Positions 37,387 through 46,943 of a stretch of DNA of 61,223 nucleotides are shown piece after piece. Where the stretch lies: the IMG/VR virus record IMGVR_UViG_3300028844_002929, positions 1 to 61,223 of that record; one strand, given 5' to 3'. The first letter of the stretch is position 1. Each line of letters opens with the position of its first letter. The DNA comes from a virus. Lineage: Duplodnaviria > Caudoviricetes. A model generated the notes under the pieces. It did not search any database. It was given only the letters and a program-made list of their open reading frames with translations, and had not been told where the DNA came from. The translations under genes were made by a program, and so were the position numbers.

Positions 37387-39832
37387 CTATCTGTGTGAGT
37401 ATTGTATCTAGATCAAGAGACATCATGCCAGCCGAAGGATCACCCTGCAACTCTTCCCTGGAACCCTGGCGCTGACTAATTAGTTTGCTTTGCTCTACTG
37501 CTTGCTTTTTCACCCGTTGATCCTTACGGTCATCTTTCTGAGTTTCAATCTCTTTCCTGTTGGACATTTCGCCCTGCTGTGTAGCAGACTGAATCTGCAT
37601 CTTCATCTGCATAATCTCTTTCTCAAACTGATGCTTGATCTTAACGAGCTCGGCATCAGCCATGGCCTTAGCCTGAATGACTTGGACATCAGCCTGAGTC
37701 TGAGTAACAATCTCTTGTTGACGCCCCTGCATTTTAACTGCCTCTGTTTGCTGGGCCTGCTGGGCCTGGGCCTGCTGCATCTGCATCTGCTGATCCTGCA
37801 TCTTCTTCATGCGCTTTTGACGGCGCAGAATCAAAAGACGTTCTGCCTGATTAATATCCTTTAGACTACGGATTGCCATAACATCCTCCAGGTCAATCTC
37901 TTTTTGATTCAAAGACATCTGGATGTTCTGTTCTAAGAACGCCTTGTCTTTATCCTCCATGTCCTTCATGACCTTCACCCCAAAGTTGTACATCGGGAGA
38001 TCAGAAAAGCTACCTAGCACCCGCATGTTCGAGTCCCCAATAGCATTACGGTAATTCTTGTGGATGATTGTTTCCTCAGGCAACACCTGGAGACACTTCA
38101 CTACGTCCTCGCAGACCTTACGATACAAGACCATAGCTGCATTCGTAATGTCATAGGTGGCGTTGTTACTCGCTGCGATCGCCTGCTGCTGAACCCCCAC
38201 CAGGGTATCACCCTTAGGTGTCGAAGCGTCAGCCATCTCATTGATTCCAGTAGTGTCACGGATCATTCGCAGGTAATGATTGTACAAGGCAATCAACTCA
38301 TTGATGTTCCGAATACTATTACCAATCTCTCGAACTGGCGGATTCTGGAAACCACCCTCAGGATTCTTGCTCCTGTAGTAGAACACACCAGTCTGTTCAT
38401 AGATGTCGTGGAGATCCAGAGGTTGGAGCTCGCCACTCTTACCTAATTGGACGTTCTCTAACCCCTCAATATCAATGATCAAACCATCAGGCTTGGCCTT
38501 AGCAATAGCTTGTTGGAGCTTCAGGTGAGTCAGCTGAAGCATATCAGAGAAACCAACACAGCTGTCCACCATAGACTTTGGCATATTTGCCACCATGTTA
38601 GTTGATACCACAGAGTAGGACATTTTAGCCCTAGTGATATCATGCATGTTCTTTGGTGTGTTGTACTGCTTACCATAATTAATCAAGTGATCAGTACCCA
38701 GGATATACATACCCGTGTATACACACTCAATCTCCATGCTATGGGCAGTGCGGTCATACACACTCCCTTTCTTCTCTTTGTACGAGAAGCCCTCATAAAA
38801 GAAGTTGGTATTACCATACTGGTTCTCCTTCTCCTCGAAGTACATGCAGTCCACTGTCTTGAACTCAAACTCCAAAACCTCTACGACATGCCCACTAAAA
38901 TTCTCGCGTTGAACACCGCCACTTGAATAGGGATGATCTGGATATTTACTGGAGCTAGAACGACGGGACTTCTTCAGCAAATCCTTGAGGTCTTTCTCAG
39001 AAATCTGATCCCCTGCAAGACGCTTCAGTTCTGATACAGTGATCTCGCGGACGTGACCCATATACCCAACGTCCTCAAAGTTTGGGTCCTGTGTATACCC
39101 ATGAACAAAGTGGACAGGGTCTACGTAGTCCAGCTTAATACCGTAGTTGGGGTCATTGCTTCTCTTCACCACCGCCATTCCACAGGAGGTCAAGTCATTG
39201 ACGCACCTGCGATAAGACCCATCAGCAAAGCTATTCCACTGCAGAGTTAGTTCAGTAGCCACCTGTGCTGCTATCTCAGCGTCGGTTTTAATATTAGTGT
39301 CTAAGAAAATCTCCGCCTCCTCTTGTGTTTCGGGGATCTGTTCACTGGGCTCATCCAACACTGGGCTCCCCATCTTCTTTTCTAACTCCATGAACATAGG
39401 CCGCATGGCAACCTTGTTCTTCATGATGTTCTTTTGCTGATTCTTCTCACTCGAAGAGAGTGGATCAACAGCCTCCAGGTTGGGATACATATTCCGACCT
39501 AAGATCTTATTTACCACGATACGGACGAACTTGGGTAGGATAGGAACAGGAGTGTAGTCCAGGTTCATCAAAGAACCCTCTCCGTTGTTCGGATCAGATG
39601 TGTTCAGCAGCTGCTTATAAATAGCTGTGTCCTGTGTGCCGTTAGCGTAATCTCTGTTACGAGCAAAGATTGACTTACGACCTCCAAAGGTAGAACTGCT
39701 ATCTTGCGTATTGCCCCATTGAGACTCAATCGCCTTAGCATATTGCAACCCATACTTTTTCGTAAGCTTCTCCTCTTGCGATGCCAGTGGATCTGGAAAA
39801 CCCCCTGGATCACTTGGCTTTTTATTGTACAT
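37379..39832 (-). CDS. Portal protein
   Basis: 817 aa directly after TerL; PVPILPKFV.IVVN, IRDTTGINE; Gln-rich coiled C-terminus. Confidence 0.88.
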   Translation of the reverse strand: MYNKKPSDPGGFPDPLASQEEKLTKKYGLQYAKAIESQWGNTQDSSSTFGGRKSIFARNRDYANGTQDTAIYKQLLNTSDPNNGEGSLMNLDYTPVPILPKFVRIVVNKILGRNMYPNLEAVDPLSSSEKNQQKNIMKNKVAMRPMFMELEKKMGSPVLDEPSEQIPETQEEAEIFLDTNIKTDAEIAAQVATELTLQWNSFADGSYRRCVNDLTSCGMAVVKRSNDPNYGIKLDYVDPVHFVHGYTQDPNFEDVGYMGHVREITVSELKRLAGDQISEKDLKDLLKKSRRSSSSKYPDHPYSSGGVQRENFSGHVVEVLEFEFKTVDCMYFEEKENQYGNTNFFYEGFSYKEKKGSVYDRTAHSMEIECVYTGMYILGTDHLINYGKQYNTPKNMHDITRAKMSYSVVSTNMVANMPKSMVDSCVGFSDMLQLTHLKLQQAIAKAKPDGLIIDIEGLENVQLGKSGELQPLDLHDIYEQTGVFYYRSKNPEGGFQNPPVREIGNSIRNINELIALYNHYLRMIRDTTGINEMADASTPKGDTLVGVQQQAIAASNNATYDITNAAMVLYRKVCEDVVKCLQVLPEETIIHKNYRNAIGDSNMRVLGSFSDLPMYNFGVKVMKDMEDKDKAFLEQNIQMSLNQKEIDLEDVMAIRSLKDINQAERLLILRRQKRMKKMQDQQMQMQQAQAQQAQQTEAVKMQGRQQEIVTQTQADVQVIQAKAMADAELVKIKHQFEKEIMQMKMQIQSATQQGEMSNRKEIETQKDDRKDQRVKKQAVEQSKLISQRQGSREELQGDPSAGMMSLDLDTILTQIDV

Positions 39833-39854
39833 GTGGGTTATCCGTTATCACCCA

Positions 39855-39862
39855 CAAATATA
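39855..39862 (-). promoter_or_regulatory. -7 promoter element of portal gene
   Basis: TATATTTG 22 nt before ATG 39832. Confidence 0.6.
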
Positions 39863-39868
39863 ACTAAT

Positions 39869-41992
39869 TCAACCGCGCACGTCATAACGCCTGAAAAAGC
39901 GCTTCTCGTCAAAATTATCCTTCTTTTTTTTCTGCTTGACTTTCTGTGCTGCTAACAGCGCAAGACCCGAACTAATAGTTAAGTCAAACTTAGTTCTGTT
40001 ATGGATGTCATAGCCAATCCAATCCTCCAAGGTTTTGTTGAAGTACATACTCCCCATCTCCCCACTCTCCCTATTGACCCCTACATATCCGTGGATATAC
40101 GCTTCGATAGCCTGGGCGTGAGACTGTATTACATCCGCTGAGTTTGACGGGATGCCCTTTGTCTTCACCTTTATATTGGTATTGGGTGCGACTAAATGCT
40201 TAGGCCTGTCCATTAAGTAACCATCGTAACCCCGCTGCTCAAAGTACCTGGCTATCCCGTACTTGTTATTCTCGATTAAGATTGGATACCCATAAAACAC
40301 TGCCGCCATTAAGACGTCCTCATAAAATATTGCAGCCAATGGCGGACGGGAAGCGTACTCAAGAACAAACATATTAGCAGGTACTTCCATATTGAACTTG
40401 TTGTACAAATGCAACGCACCCTTGGATCCTCTGCCATCCACAGTAGCATCGAGATCATAGCTATCCACCCCCCCACAACCAAGATGAGAATTGGGTGCGA
40501 TTCGCTTATTTTTTTCATACACCTTTAAGTTCCTGGACTCCTTTGGAGGGAGCCATGCGATATTGAATCGACCCTTAACATCGGGGGTAAAGACCACCTC
40601 ACTATCCTTCTTGCCCCCCTTCCAGCTCAAGCTTCCAGTAATGACGGGATTGGGATATAGGTCGTCATTGTGTTCTATCTGCTCATAGATCTGACCGATA
40701 TTAAAGAGACTCGACTCAATGCTATCCCGAAATGCCTCATCAGTCGTGAAAGGAAACTGTCTTATGACTTCGTTTAACTCACTAGGATCATCACGCAAAC
40801 TATCCCTCTCATTCTTAAGGAAGGTCTTAGCACCCATATGCACCCACTCCCCATCGATACCCTGAACATCTTCTTTCGGATCCTCTACAACAGGACGTCC
40901 ATAAATATCGAAGAACCCCTCTAGTGACTCATAGGCAGGAATGAATAGCCGATACAGCCCCGATCTAGTCCTCCCATTCTTGTTCCTCTCCTGAGGCGCC
41001 GAATCCTCCCATAAATCTTTGTACTCCCTTCCTCCCTTTCCCATAGGATTTACCGTGCTTCCGACCATCGCCTTGCCGACGACCTTGCGACCGACGATTA
41101 AACAAGTCCTCTGAATCCTCCAGGCTTCTCTTATGTCTGTGGGTTTTTCCCATTTCCCCGCTTCGTCTAAGTACAGCAAGTGAACTTTCTCACCGTCATA
41201 AGCATTGTTAGTTGTGTTCTTCCAGTTGATGACGGTGTTCAAGGCGTCTCCAACCAAAGCAGTCTTGTTTTTCTTGGTGATCTTCTTTGATGGCTCACGG
41301 AAAGCCAACTCCATACGAGGGTTAGTAGTACCGTCTTGAATCGGCTTGAAGAAGAATGGATACTTACGGAACATGTTGACCACCTTCTTCATGAAGATGT
41401 TCTCTTGAGCGTCCTTACCAGTCTTGCTCTGTATGCCTATGAGCTTATCCTTAACCTGGGTTGATTCATCAACTATGACAGAAGAACAAATGTTAGTGTA
41501 TCCAGATCGACGACATTTAGTATATAGCTGACCAATACACCTTGGGTCCGCCTCACACGCTGCCAAATGTAAGAAAATATCTCTCTGAAAATCAAGGTAG
41601 TAAGGGGATCCTATGTCTAACTGCCCCCACTGCAACATCATATAGTGTCTACCAGTGATGTATGTAGCATCACCTCGGTTGTAAAACCAAACACCTTCAC
41701 GCCTCCGCCGAAACTCCTCTTCGATATATGGACGAAACTTCTCCCTGAATTCCCTGGGCATTTCCGCCCACTCATCCATAGAACGTATACGCGATAACTC
41801 TTTGGGTATATCAGATCTCCGCCAGAACTGATCCAGCACGGGAAGATTATGGAAGAGGATGCTTCTGATTTTAGGGGTCTTGGGAAGGACAATGACAATC
41901 CCACCGACTTCGACGTGGTCCCCCATCGTACCGTTGGGACAAATCGAGATAGCTGGGTCCTCATAATCCTTTAACTTAATTAATGTATCCAT
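39869..41992 (-). CDS. terL: Terminase large subunit
   Basis: Walker A-like KCRRSGYT, Walker B LYLDEAGK, VGST, nuclease GGVDSYD, LIENNK. Confidence 0.92.
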   Translation of the reverse strand: MDTLIKLKDYEDPAISICPNGTMGDHVEVGGIVIVLPKTPKIRSILFHNLPVLDQFWRRSDIPKELSRIRSMDEWAEMPREFREKFRPYIEEEFRRRREGVWFYNRGDATYITGRHYMMLQWGQLDIGSPYYLDFQRDIFLHLAACEADPRCIGQLYTKCRRSGYTNICSSVIVDESTQVKDKLIGIQSKTGKDAQENIFMKKVVNMFRKYPFFFKPIQDGTTNPRMELAFREPSKKITKKNKTALVGDALNTVINWKNTTNNAYDGEKVHLLYLDEAGKWEKPTDIREAWRIQRTCLIVGRKVVGKAMVGSTVNPMGKGGREYKDLWEDSAPQERNKNGRTRSGLYRLFIPAYESLEGFFDIYGRPVVEDPKEDVQGIDGEWVHMGAKTFLKNERDSLRDDPSELNEVIRQFPFTTDEAFRDSIESSLFNIGQIYEQIEHNDDLYPNPVITGSLSWKGGKKDSEVVFTPDVKGRFNIAWLPPKESRNLKVYEKNKRIAPNSHLGCGGVDSYDLDATVDGRGSKGALHLYNKFNMEVPANMFVLEYASRPPLAAIFYEDVLMAAVFYGYPILIENNKYGIARYFEQRGYDGYLMDRPKHLVAPNTNIKVKTKGIPSNSADVIQSHAQAIEAYIHGYVGVNRESGEMGSMYFNKTLEDWIGYDIHNRTKFDLTISSGLALLAAQKVKQKKKKDNFDEKRFFRRYDVRG

Positions 41993-41997
41993 GATAC

Positions 41998-42732
41998 TTA
42001 ATCGTAAAAGCCCTGCACCAGCATCTGTAGCCTAGGGAAACGCGGTACGATTTGGTTGGACGGAAGGTACTCTGGATAGACCTTACGATAGGACTCGTAG
42101 TTGTGCATGTCCAAGGTACTCTTGACATCGATGCAATCTTCTTCATCAAACTCCACATACTCAATAATATCCTTGCCCCACTTGTCTGTCATCTTGTCCA
42201 GAACCTTTCCGTCAAAGTTAAACTGCTGATCTAAATCGTAGACAGTCAGTATGTTAACAGCATTAGTAAAACTGTAGGTCAAGAAGAACTGACCTGAACT
42301 TATGAGGTAGTGACTGTGAGGTTTGAAGTGACAAGTCTTAGGGGTATCCTTATCTCTATGCAAGATGATGCAATTGCGACTTCCAAAAGTTGCCACCTTA
42401 TTCTCACTGAGTTTGTTCAGCGCCTTCTCCCAGTAGCCATCACTGTGAATGTTGTTGCTGCCCATCCAACAGATGTAGTCTTTGTTCTCTTGTGCCGCTA
42501 ACATCCAAGCATAAGTGAACTTTCCTGAGAGAGGATTGTTAGGATGGCTTTCATGCTTCAACCCCCTGTTTTTTGCAAATCTTGCAATAGCAGAAGAGGA
42601 GCCTATCGTGATCCCCACAGCGTCAATGCCCCGCTCTTTGAATACATCAATAACGTCAGCCATATGATCTATGGCCATTCGAGTTACGGCTGGTCTACGG
42701 TGGTAAACCATAAAAAAGCAAACACTCCTCAT
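41998..42732 (-). CDS. Glycosyltransferase (GT-A/GT2)-like protein
   Basis: N-terminal strand ..YHRRP, N.PLS.K, DYICWMGSNN at the DxD position. Confidence 0.5.
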   Translation of the reverse strand: MRSVCFFMVYHRRPAVTRMAIDHMADVIDVFKERGIDAVGITIGSSSAIARFAKNRGLKHESHPNNPLSGKFTYAWMLAAQENKDYICWMGSNNIHSDGYWEKALNKLSENKVATFGSRNCIILHRDKDTPKTCHFKPHSHYLISSGQFFLTYSFTNAVNILTVYDLDQQFNFDGKVLDKMTDKWGKDIIEYVEFDEEDCIDVKSTLDMHNYESYRKVYPEYLPSNQIVPRFPRLQMLVQGFYD

Positions 42733-43016
42733 GGTTTCTTCTGTACGCGGGCTGCATCCAGATGAACTACCAGTGGCGTCTTAGGCCCTAAGTATCCCCC
42801 CAGAGTATTGTACTGTAAGTGCTCGACCGCAGTCTCATAGCTCATATCGTCTCGATGCATGCACACATCAACCATTTTACTCCAGTCGTAAACCGCCACT
42901 CGCTCAATGCCAACCGTAATCCCCACTAGGGCGTCATCTAGTCCATCCCATGTAATGCATTCCTCTTCTTCTAAAGAGTCCATGAGTCTATCCCAATTCT
43001 CTGCTTGCCAACTCAT
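42729..43016 (-). CDS. Conserved phage hypothetical protein
   Basis: DGLDDALVG, AVYD..K, YN..G.Y.G..TP. Confidence 0.75.
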   Translation of the reverse strand: MSWQAENWDRLMDSLEEEECITWDGLDDALVGITVGIERVAVYDWSKMVDVCMHRDDMSYETAVEHLQYNTLGGYLGPKTPLVVHLDAARVQKKP

Positions 43017-43303
43017 CTTGAAAATCTTTCTGCGAAACCACCAGAGTAATCTTTACCCTCTGGCATTGTTCCACTCAATGTAAGATCTTTCATCATCTGC
43101 TCCAACTTTTGTCTTTCAACAAGCAGCTCTTTACAATCGATCGCCGTCTGCTTAATAGACTGAAGCTCAGCCTTTCTAGCACTACCGTTGATCTCTTTAT
43201 CGACAGGCTTCTTGATCTCCTCGATCATGTTGTTGATAGCTACCTCCATTGAGGCCATGAGGCGCTGGGCCGCATCAATCGCTGTGAACTTCTTGTTCGA
43301 CAT
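43013..43303 (-). CDS. Helical protein, possible terminase small subunit
   Basis: 96-aa coiled protein upstream of TerL, ends GGFAERFSR; TerS call is positional only. Confidence 0.5.
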   Translation of the reverse strand: MSNKKFTAIDAAQRLMASMEVAINNMIEEIKKPVDKEINGSARKAELQSIKQTAIDCKELLVERQKLEQMMKDLTLSGTMPEGKDYSGGFAERFSR

Positions 43304-43874
43304 ACAATAAGTCAGATGTTCGTACACGGTACATAATACCGCCTTCGAGATTTTTAAAGTCGTATCGATACTTGCTGGGGAAGACAACCTTATCAAGCAG
43401 GTTTAGTCCCATATCCTTATGATCACTAGTCACATAAGCTAAGTGTCCCCTATCAGGATTCTCAGTCTTTAAGGACACAGACTCAATGACTGCAGATTCC
43501 TCCCGTATTTCTGCCGCACATGCAGATAGTACTGACCACATAGATAGCGGTATGATCTCATCCGAACCCTGCGGTGTGTAGGCAAACGCATGACAGTTGA
43601 TCATCACGTCTGGATCGTAAGAGACCAAGAACTCACCCTCTCGATCACCAAAGGGCATGCCTCCATCGACCACCACTAAGTGATGAAAGAAGAGCCTGTC
43701 CCCAACGTTTACCGGAGTGTCATACTTCTCTGGCACAGAAATCACCTCACCGTGGCAGACCCGATGATCGAACTCGTTGAACTTGGTGTCCACATATATC
43801 TCCTTGTCCCCAAGGGATACCGTGTCATGTAGCCGCTTGTCAAGCTTGACTACAAAATAGTGTAGCATCCTCAT
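43275..43874 (-). CDS. GroES-like co-chaperonin (tandem domains)
   Basis: GEVISVP.....VGDRLFFHH and a second G.....DKVVF.....Y...G..YRV..SDL unit. Confidence 0.65.
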   Translation of the reverse strand: MRMLHYFVVKLDKRLHDTVSLGDKEIYVDTKFNEFDHRVCHGEVISVPEKYDTPVNVGDRLFFHHLVVVDGGMPFGDREGEFLVSYDPDVMINCHAFAYTPQGSDEIIPLSMWSVLSACAAEIREESAVIESVSLKTENPDRGHLAYVTSDHKDMGLNLLDKVVFPSKYRYDFKNLEGGIMYRVRTSDLLYVEQEVHSD

Positions 43875-44113
43875 CAGAAGTTCAAGTCAAATTCCACCAA
43901 GCAGGGCAGCCCATCGATTGCCTTCCACAAAGACTGGGCGTCCTCAACAGTAATATAGATCATATACCTGCTGACACCGTAGTGGTGTAGGTGTGCTTCA
44001 TCCAGGACAATAGTGGAGACACTCCCGTCACCCACCCGCATACCTACATAGTACGCCATCGCGTCCTTGGGGTTCGGACCGATTATGATTTTTCTAATTA
44101 TTCCATTCATCAA
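43874..44113 (-). CDS. Conserved phage hypothetical protein
   Basis: IRKI.IG...KDAM.Y.VG motif. Confidence 0.75.
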   Translation of the reverse strand: MMNGIIRKIIIGPNPKDAMAYYVGMRVGDGSVSTIVLDEAHLHHYGVSRYMIYITVEDAQSLWKAIDGLPCLVEFDLNF

Positions 44114-44457
44114 TTACAAGATGGGTCAGGACCCCCTCTCGCATTCATCTCATCGATAATTTCTTTAAACCAGTTTTCACTAGCGAAATCAACATCCTCC
44201 TCTAGTGGGAAGAAGTCATCGAAGTAAGAGAATTTCAGGAAATCAAAAACCTCATCCATAAGATCTTCTGAATCAACGTCCAGAGAGAACACTGCCTTGA
44301 GAACAGGCTCATCAAACTCATCACTTGACAAGAATCCCGTCAGCATAACATTAATGACCTCACCTTCTAAGCCATACTTCTTGACCAGCATGTCCACTAT
44401 CTTGTGGACCTTCTGCATTTCGACAAGAAACATTTCCTTATTAGTTTGATCATCCAT
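44110..44457 (-). CDS. Acidic hypothetical protein
   Basis: ATG 44457 preferred, downstream of TATCTTTG at 44504-44511. Confidence 0.65.
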   Translation of the reverse strand: MDDQTNKEMFLVEMQKVHKIVDMLVKKYGLEGEVINVMLTGFLSSDEFDEPVLKAVFSLDVDSEDLMDEVFDFLKFSYFDDFFPLEEDVDFASENWFKEIIDEMNARGGPDPSCN

Positions 44458-44863
44458 GTCAGTATCAAATAAAAAGATCTTTAGGGAACACTCCCGATTA
44501 AAACAAAGATACGTAAACAAAAACGACCTTAAAGACTTGAGAGCCAGGCTACTATCTTTTGAACAGAAGTACGATCTCTATCAAAAAGAAATGTTTTTTA
44601 TTCTATGGGCCTACGACCTGGAGTTCTGGACCCTCAGGTACGCAAGTCAAGAGTATGGGTACGACGAAAAAAAACTAGGAGATAGGATTGTATATCCCCT
44701 TCAAAAAGAAGGATATATCAAAAAGCAGTTTGATAAGCTGACACCCTCACAAAAAAGAGAAGACCACCTCTTCAGAGAAGAGACTAAGTACAACTACAGG
44801 GTACGCTACGCTCTGACCCAGAAAGCTAGGCTAATGGTGCAGAGGTTCTACAACAGCCTTTAG
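44456..44863 (+). CDS. Winged-helix-like protein on the opposite strand
   Basis: L...GYI.K...RYALTQKAR wing pattern; fills a gap with no - strand gene. Confidence 0.6.
   Translation: MSVSNKKIFREHSRLKQRYVNKNDLKDLRARLLSFEQKYDLYQKEMFFILWAYDLEFWTLRYASQEYGYDEKKLGDRIVYPLQKEGYIKKQFDKLTPSQKREDHLFREETKYNYRVRYALTQKARLMVQRFYNSL
44504..44511 (-). promoter_or_regulatory. -7 promoter element for the GroES/TerL operon
   Basis: TATCTTTG inside the + strand gene. Confidence 0.5.
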
Positions 44864-45384
44864 AGAACAGCGTAGATTTTAAGGTCTTTATAATAGACTT
44901 TAGCCCCACTAGCAATGGTGGTCACGTTGCCAGCGCCGTACAGAAAGGCCAACTCTGACGATGCCATCGGAGAGACACCAGATTTAGTAACTGAGAAATC
45001 AATCGCTTGATTGACTGCAAAGTCGCGAGTCGTTGCAGCGTCAGCAAACTGTATTCTCCAAGCAGTGATGGCACCACCCCACTCCGCCGATGTTTCTTCA
45101 AAATAAACCTTCCCTGTTATCCTCCATGCTGTTGCACCTTGAGCATCAGATGGAACAGCAGCAGTGCGACTCATGCCTCCGTTATTCGTTTCTTCGGCAC
45201 CGAATGTTTGCAATAGCCAACCCGTACTGGTATCTGGGGCAGTCTGATTAAAGGTAATTGTGGTGCCCGCTGGCACTGTATATAGAGCCCAACCATTAAC
45301 ACTTGAAGTAAAGTCTGATGAATAAATCAGAACCTCTGTACTTGCTGCCTTGGTACGGCCAAGACCAAGACCAAGACCAAGCAT
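44860..45384 (-). CDS. Structural protein, possible carbohydrate-binding fold
   Basis: MLGLGLGL N-terminus; Y.SDF....GW...YYKDLKI. Confidence 0.6.
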   Translation of the reverse strand: MLGLGLGLGRTKAASTEVLIYSSDFTSSVNGWALYTVPAGTTITFNQTAPDTSTGWLLQTFGAEETNNGGMSRTAAVPSDAQGATAWRITGKVYFEETSAEWGGAITAWRIQFADAATTRDFAVNQAIDFSVTKSGVSPMASSELAFLYGAGNVTTIASGAKVYYKDLKIYAVL

Positions 45385-45545
45385 TACTTCTTGATCCGAT
45401 CAGTAAAGATCATGTTGATGAGTGCATCGATGTAACCAAACACTTGGTTGTCCTTCTCCGTCGGAGTGATATTCACAATGATCTTCGCAAAAGCCAGCAA
45501 ACCAATTACCAGCTCGGCAAGGTTATCAATAATAAAATCCCACAT
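45384..45545 (-). CDS. 53-aa membrane protein, holin-like (not in ORF track)
   Basis: MWDFIIDNLAELVIGLLAFAKIIVNITPTEKDNQ...; next to lysin; TAATG coupling. Confidence 0.7.
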   Translation of the reverse strand: MWDFIIDNLAELVIGLLAFAKIIVNITPTEKDNQVFGYIDALINMIFTDRIKK

Positions 45546-45546
45546 A

Positions 45547-46050
45547 TCAGTTTGTTTTTCTAGGTGTATCGAAATCAGTGTACAAGATAGTAACTAGTTC
45601 CTTTCTCTCCAGAGCAGCAGCGATGTAAGGGTATACGCGGAAATAAGCGCGAGTGCTGTGTCCAATGAAACCATCCTTCTTTACTTGGTTGTTTTCTTGC
45701 GTATCACCCAACAACAAACATCCAGAAGTATGCTCATCAGTATTACCGCAATGAATGAGAATGTATTCAAAATCAGGTACATCACGAACCCAAAGCATTC
45801 CTTTATGTATCGTCCGAAATCGAGAAGCATATTTCTCATGGAATCCACCAACCCTCCGAAAAGAAAGTTTATACTCTCCCGGTGGGATGCGTGTCTCACC
45901 AGCCACCTTCTTATCACGATGCTCGTCTTCTAGAGTGTAGCACAGAAACTTTCTCGTTCCGTTGGAGATATCGAACAATGCTCCGTTGGTTGAGTCCATC
46001 TCCGAGCTGAACCTTACGACCTCCAGCTGCATCCTTTTTAAGTTGCTCAT
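45547..46050 (-). CDS. DUF5675 putative endolysin
   Basis: CYTLED, RIP.G.Y, ILIHCGN...T.GCLL.G. Confidence 0.75.
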   Translation of the reverse strand: MSNLKRMQLEVVRFSSEMDSTNGALFDISNGTRKFLCYTLEDEHRDKKVAGETRIPPGEYKLSFRRVGGFHEKYASRFRTIHKGMLWVRDVPDFEYILIHCGNTDEHTSGCLLLGDTQENNQVKKDGFIGHSTRAYFRVYPYIAAALERKELVTILYTDFDTPRKTN

Positions 46051-46089
46051 ATCTCTTTAACCTGGGGTTGTGATAATACTTGTTAGGCA

Positions 46090-46368
46090 TTAGCAGTTAG
46101 GTTTGGCGCAAGACTCAGATGTTTTCCTTCCCTTTGATTGATTCCTGCGCTTACTAACCTTCTGCTTTACCCTACGCATGAGAGAGTTCCGATTCACAGT
46201 CTTAGGACGACGGGGCTTCTCCTCTTTTTCCTCCTCCGCTTTTTCTTCCATTTCCCCCTCCATCTGAGAAGATGGTAAGAACCTAGGGTTAGACGGCGCT
46301 ACGTTTCTGCGCTTTTTCTTTTTCCTGCGGAACGGTCCGCCGTCGTCATACCTACGAACTTTCATCAA
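46090..46368 (-). CDS. Highly basic protein with N-terminal KVRRYDDGG tag
   Basis: K/R-rich 92 aa. Confidence 0.7.
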   Translation of the reverse strand: MMKVRRYDDGGPFRRKKKKRRNVAPSNPRFLPSSQMEGEMEEKAEEEKEEKPRRPKTVNRNSLMRRVKQKVSKRRNQSKGRKTSESCAKPNC

Positions 46369-46943
46369 TAGGGGCCAAGACCCAGCATCAGTCCAATGCG
46401 CTGCAAGGTGTTCAAATCTGTAGGGATCTGCTGACCACCAGGTCCCATGACGCCTGGCACGGTCTTCGGGGTTTTGCTGTATTCGCTAATACCTATACCA
46501 AGAGCAGCAAGCAAAGCATTTCTGCCCATCATACGAGCACTTTCGTTACGAAAACCCTTTTTCATCATGTCCTCACGGTTGAACCGATCACTAGACAGGC
46601 CGTCTAACAGAAAGGAAACGTCACTAGGACGAGCGGGGAAGGATCCAGTGCGGCGACCCTCACGATTCGCCATGCGGTTCTCCTTTCTCATATCCTGTCT
46701 TAGCTGAGCCAAGATCCCTTTGTCTGCAAAGTATTGATCATTGGCAAAGCGATCACGACCCATGGGTGGGCTAGTCATGCGATCTTCATCAGGGCGCATA
46801 CCTCCATTCTCAGCCATGAAGAACGGGACTTTCTTGCCGTCCTTCTCTACCATCTTCAGGCCTTCCTTGCCATAGTACATACCGCCTCCACCATACTCCT
46901 CGGTTTCGGGACGCATGCCCCCATACTTATACATAGTCTTCAT
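46365..46943 (-). CDS. Putative internal head protein with several xxGG motifs
   Basis: MKTMYKYGG, EYGGGG, MVEKDGKKVPFFMAENGG; ATG 46943. Confidence 0.65.
   Translation of the reverse strand: MKTMYKYGGMRPETEEYGGGGMYYGKEGLKMVEKDGKKVPFFMAENGGMRPDEDRMTSPPMGRDRFANDQYFADKGILAQLRQDMRKENRMANREGRRTGSFPARPSDVSFLLDGLSSDRFNREDMMKKGFRNESARMMGRNALLAALGIGISEYSKTPKTVPGVMGPGGQQIPTDLNTLQRIGLMLGLGPY

Noticed and set aside
39915-39935. A_AAA_AAG slippery heptamer near the end of terL
   Set aside because: The -1 frame stops within about three codons; lysine-rich tail explains it
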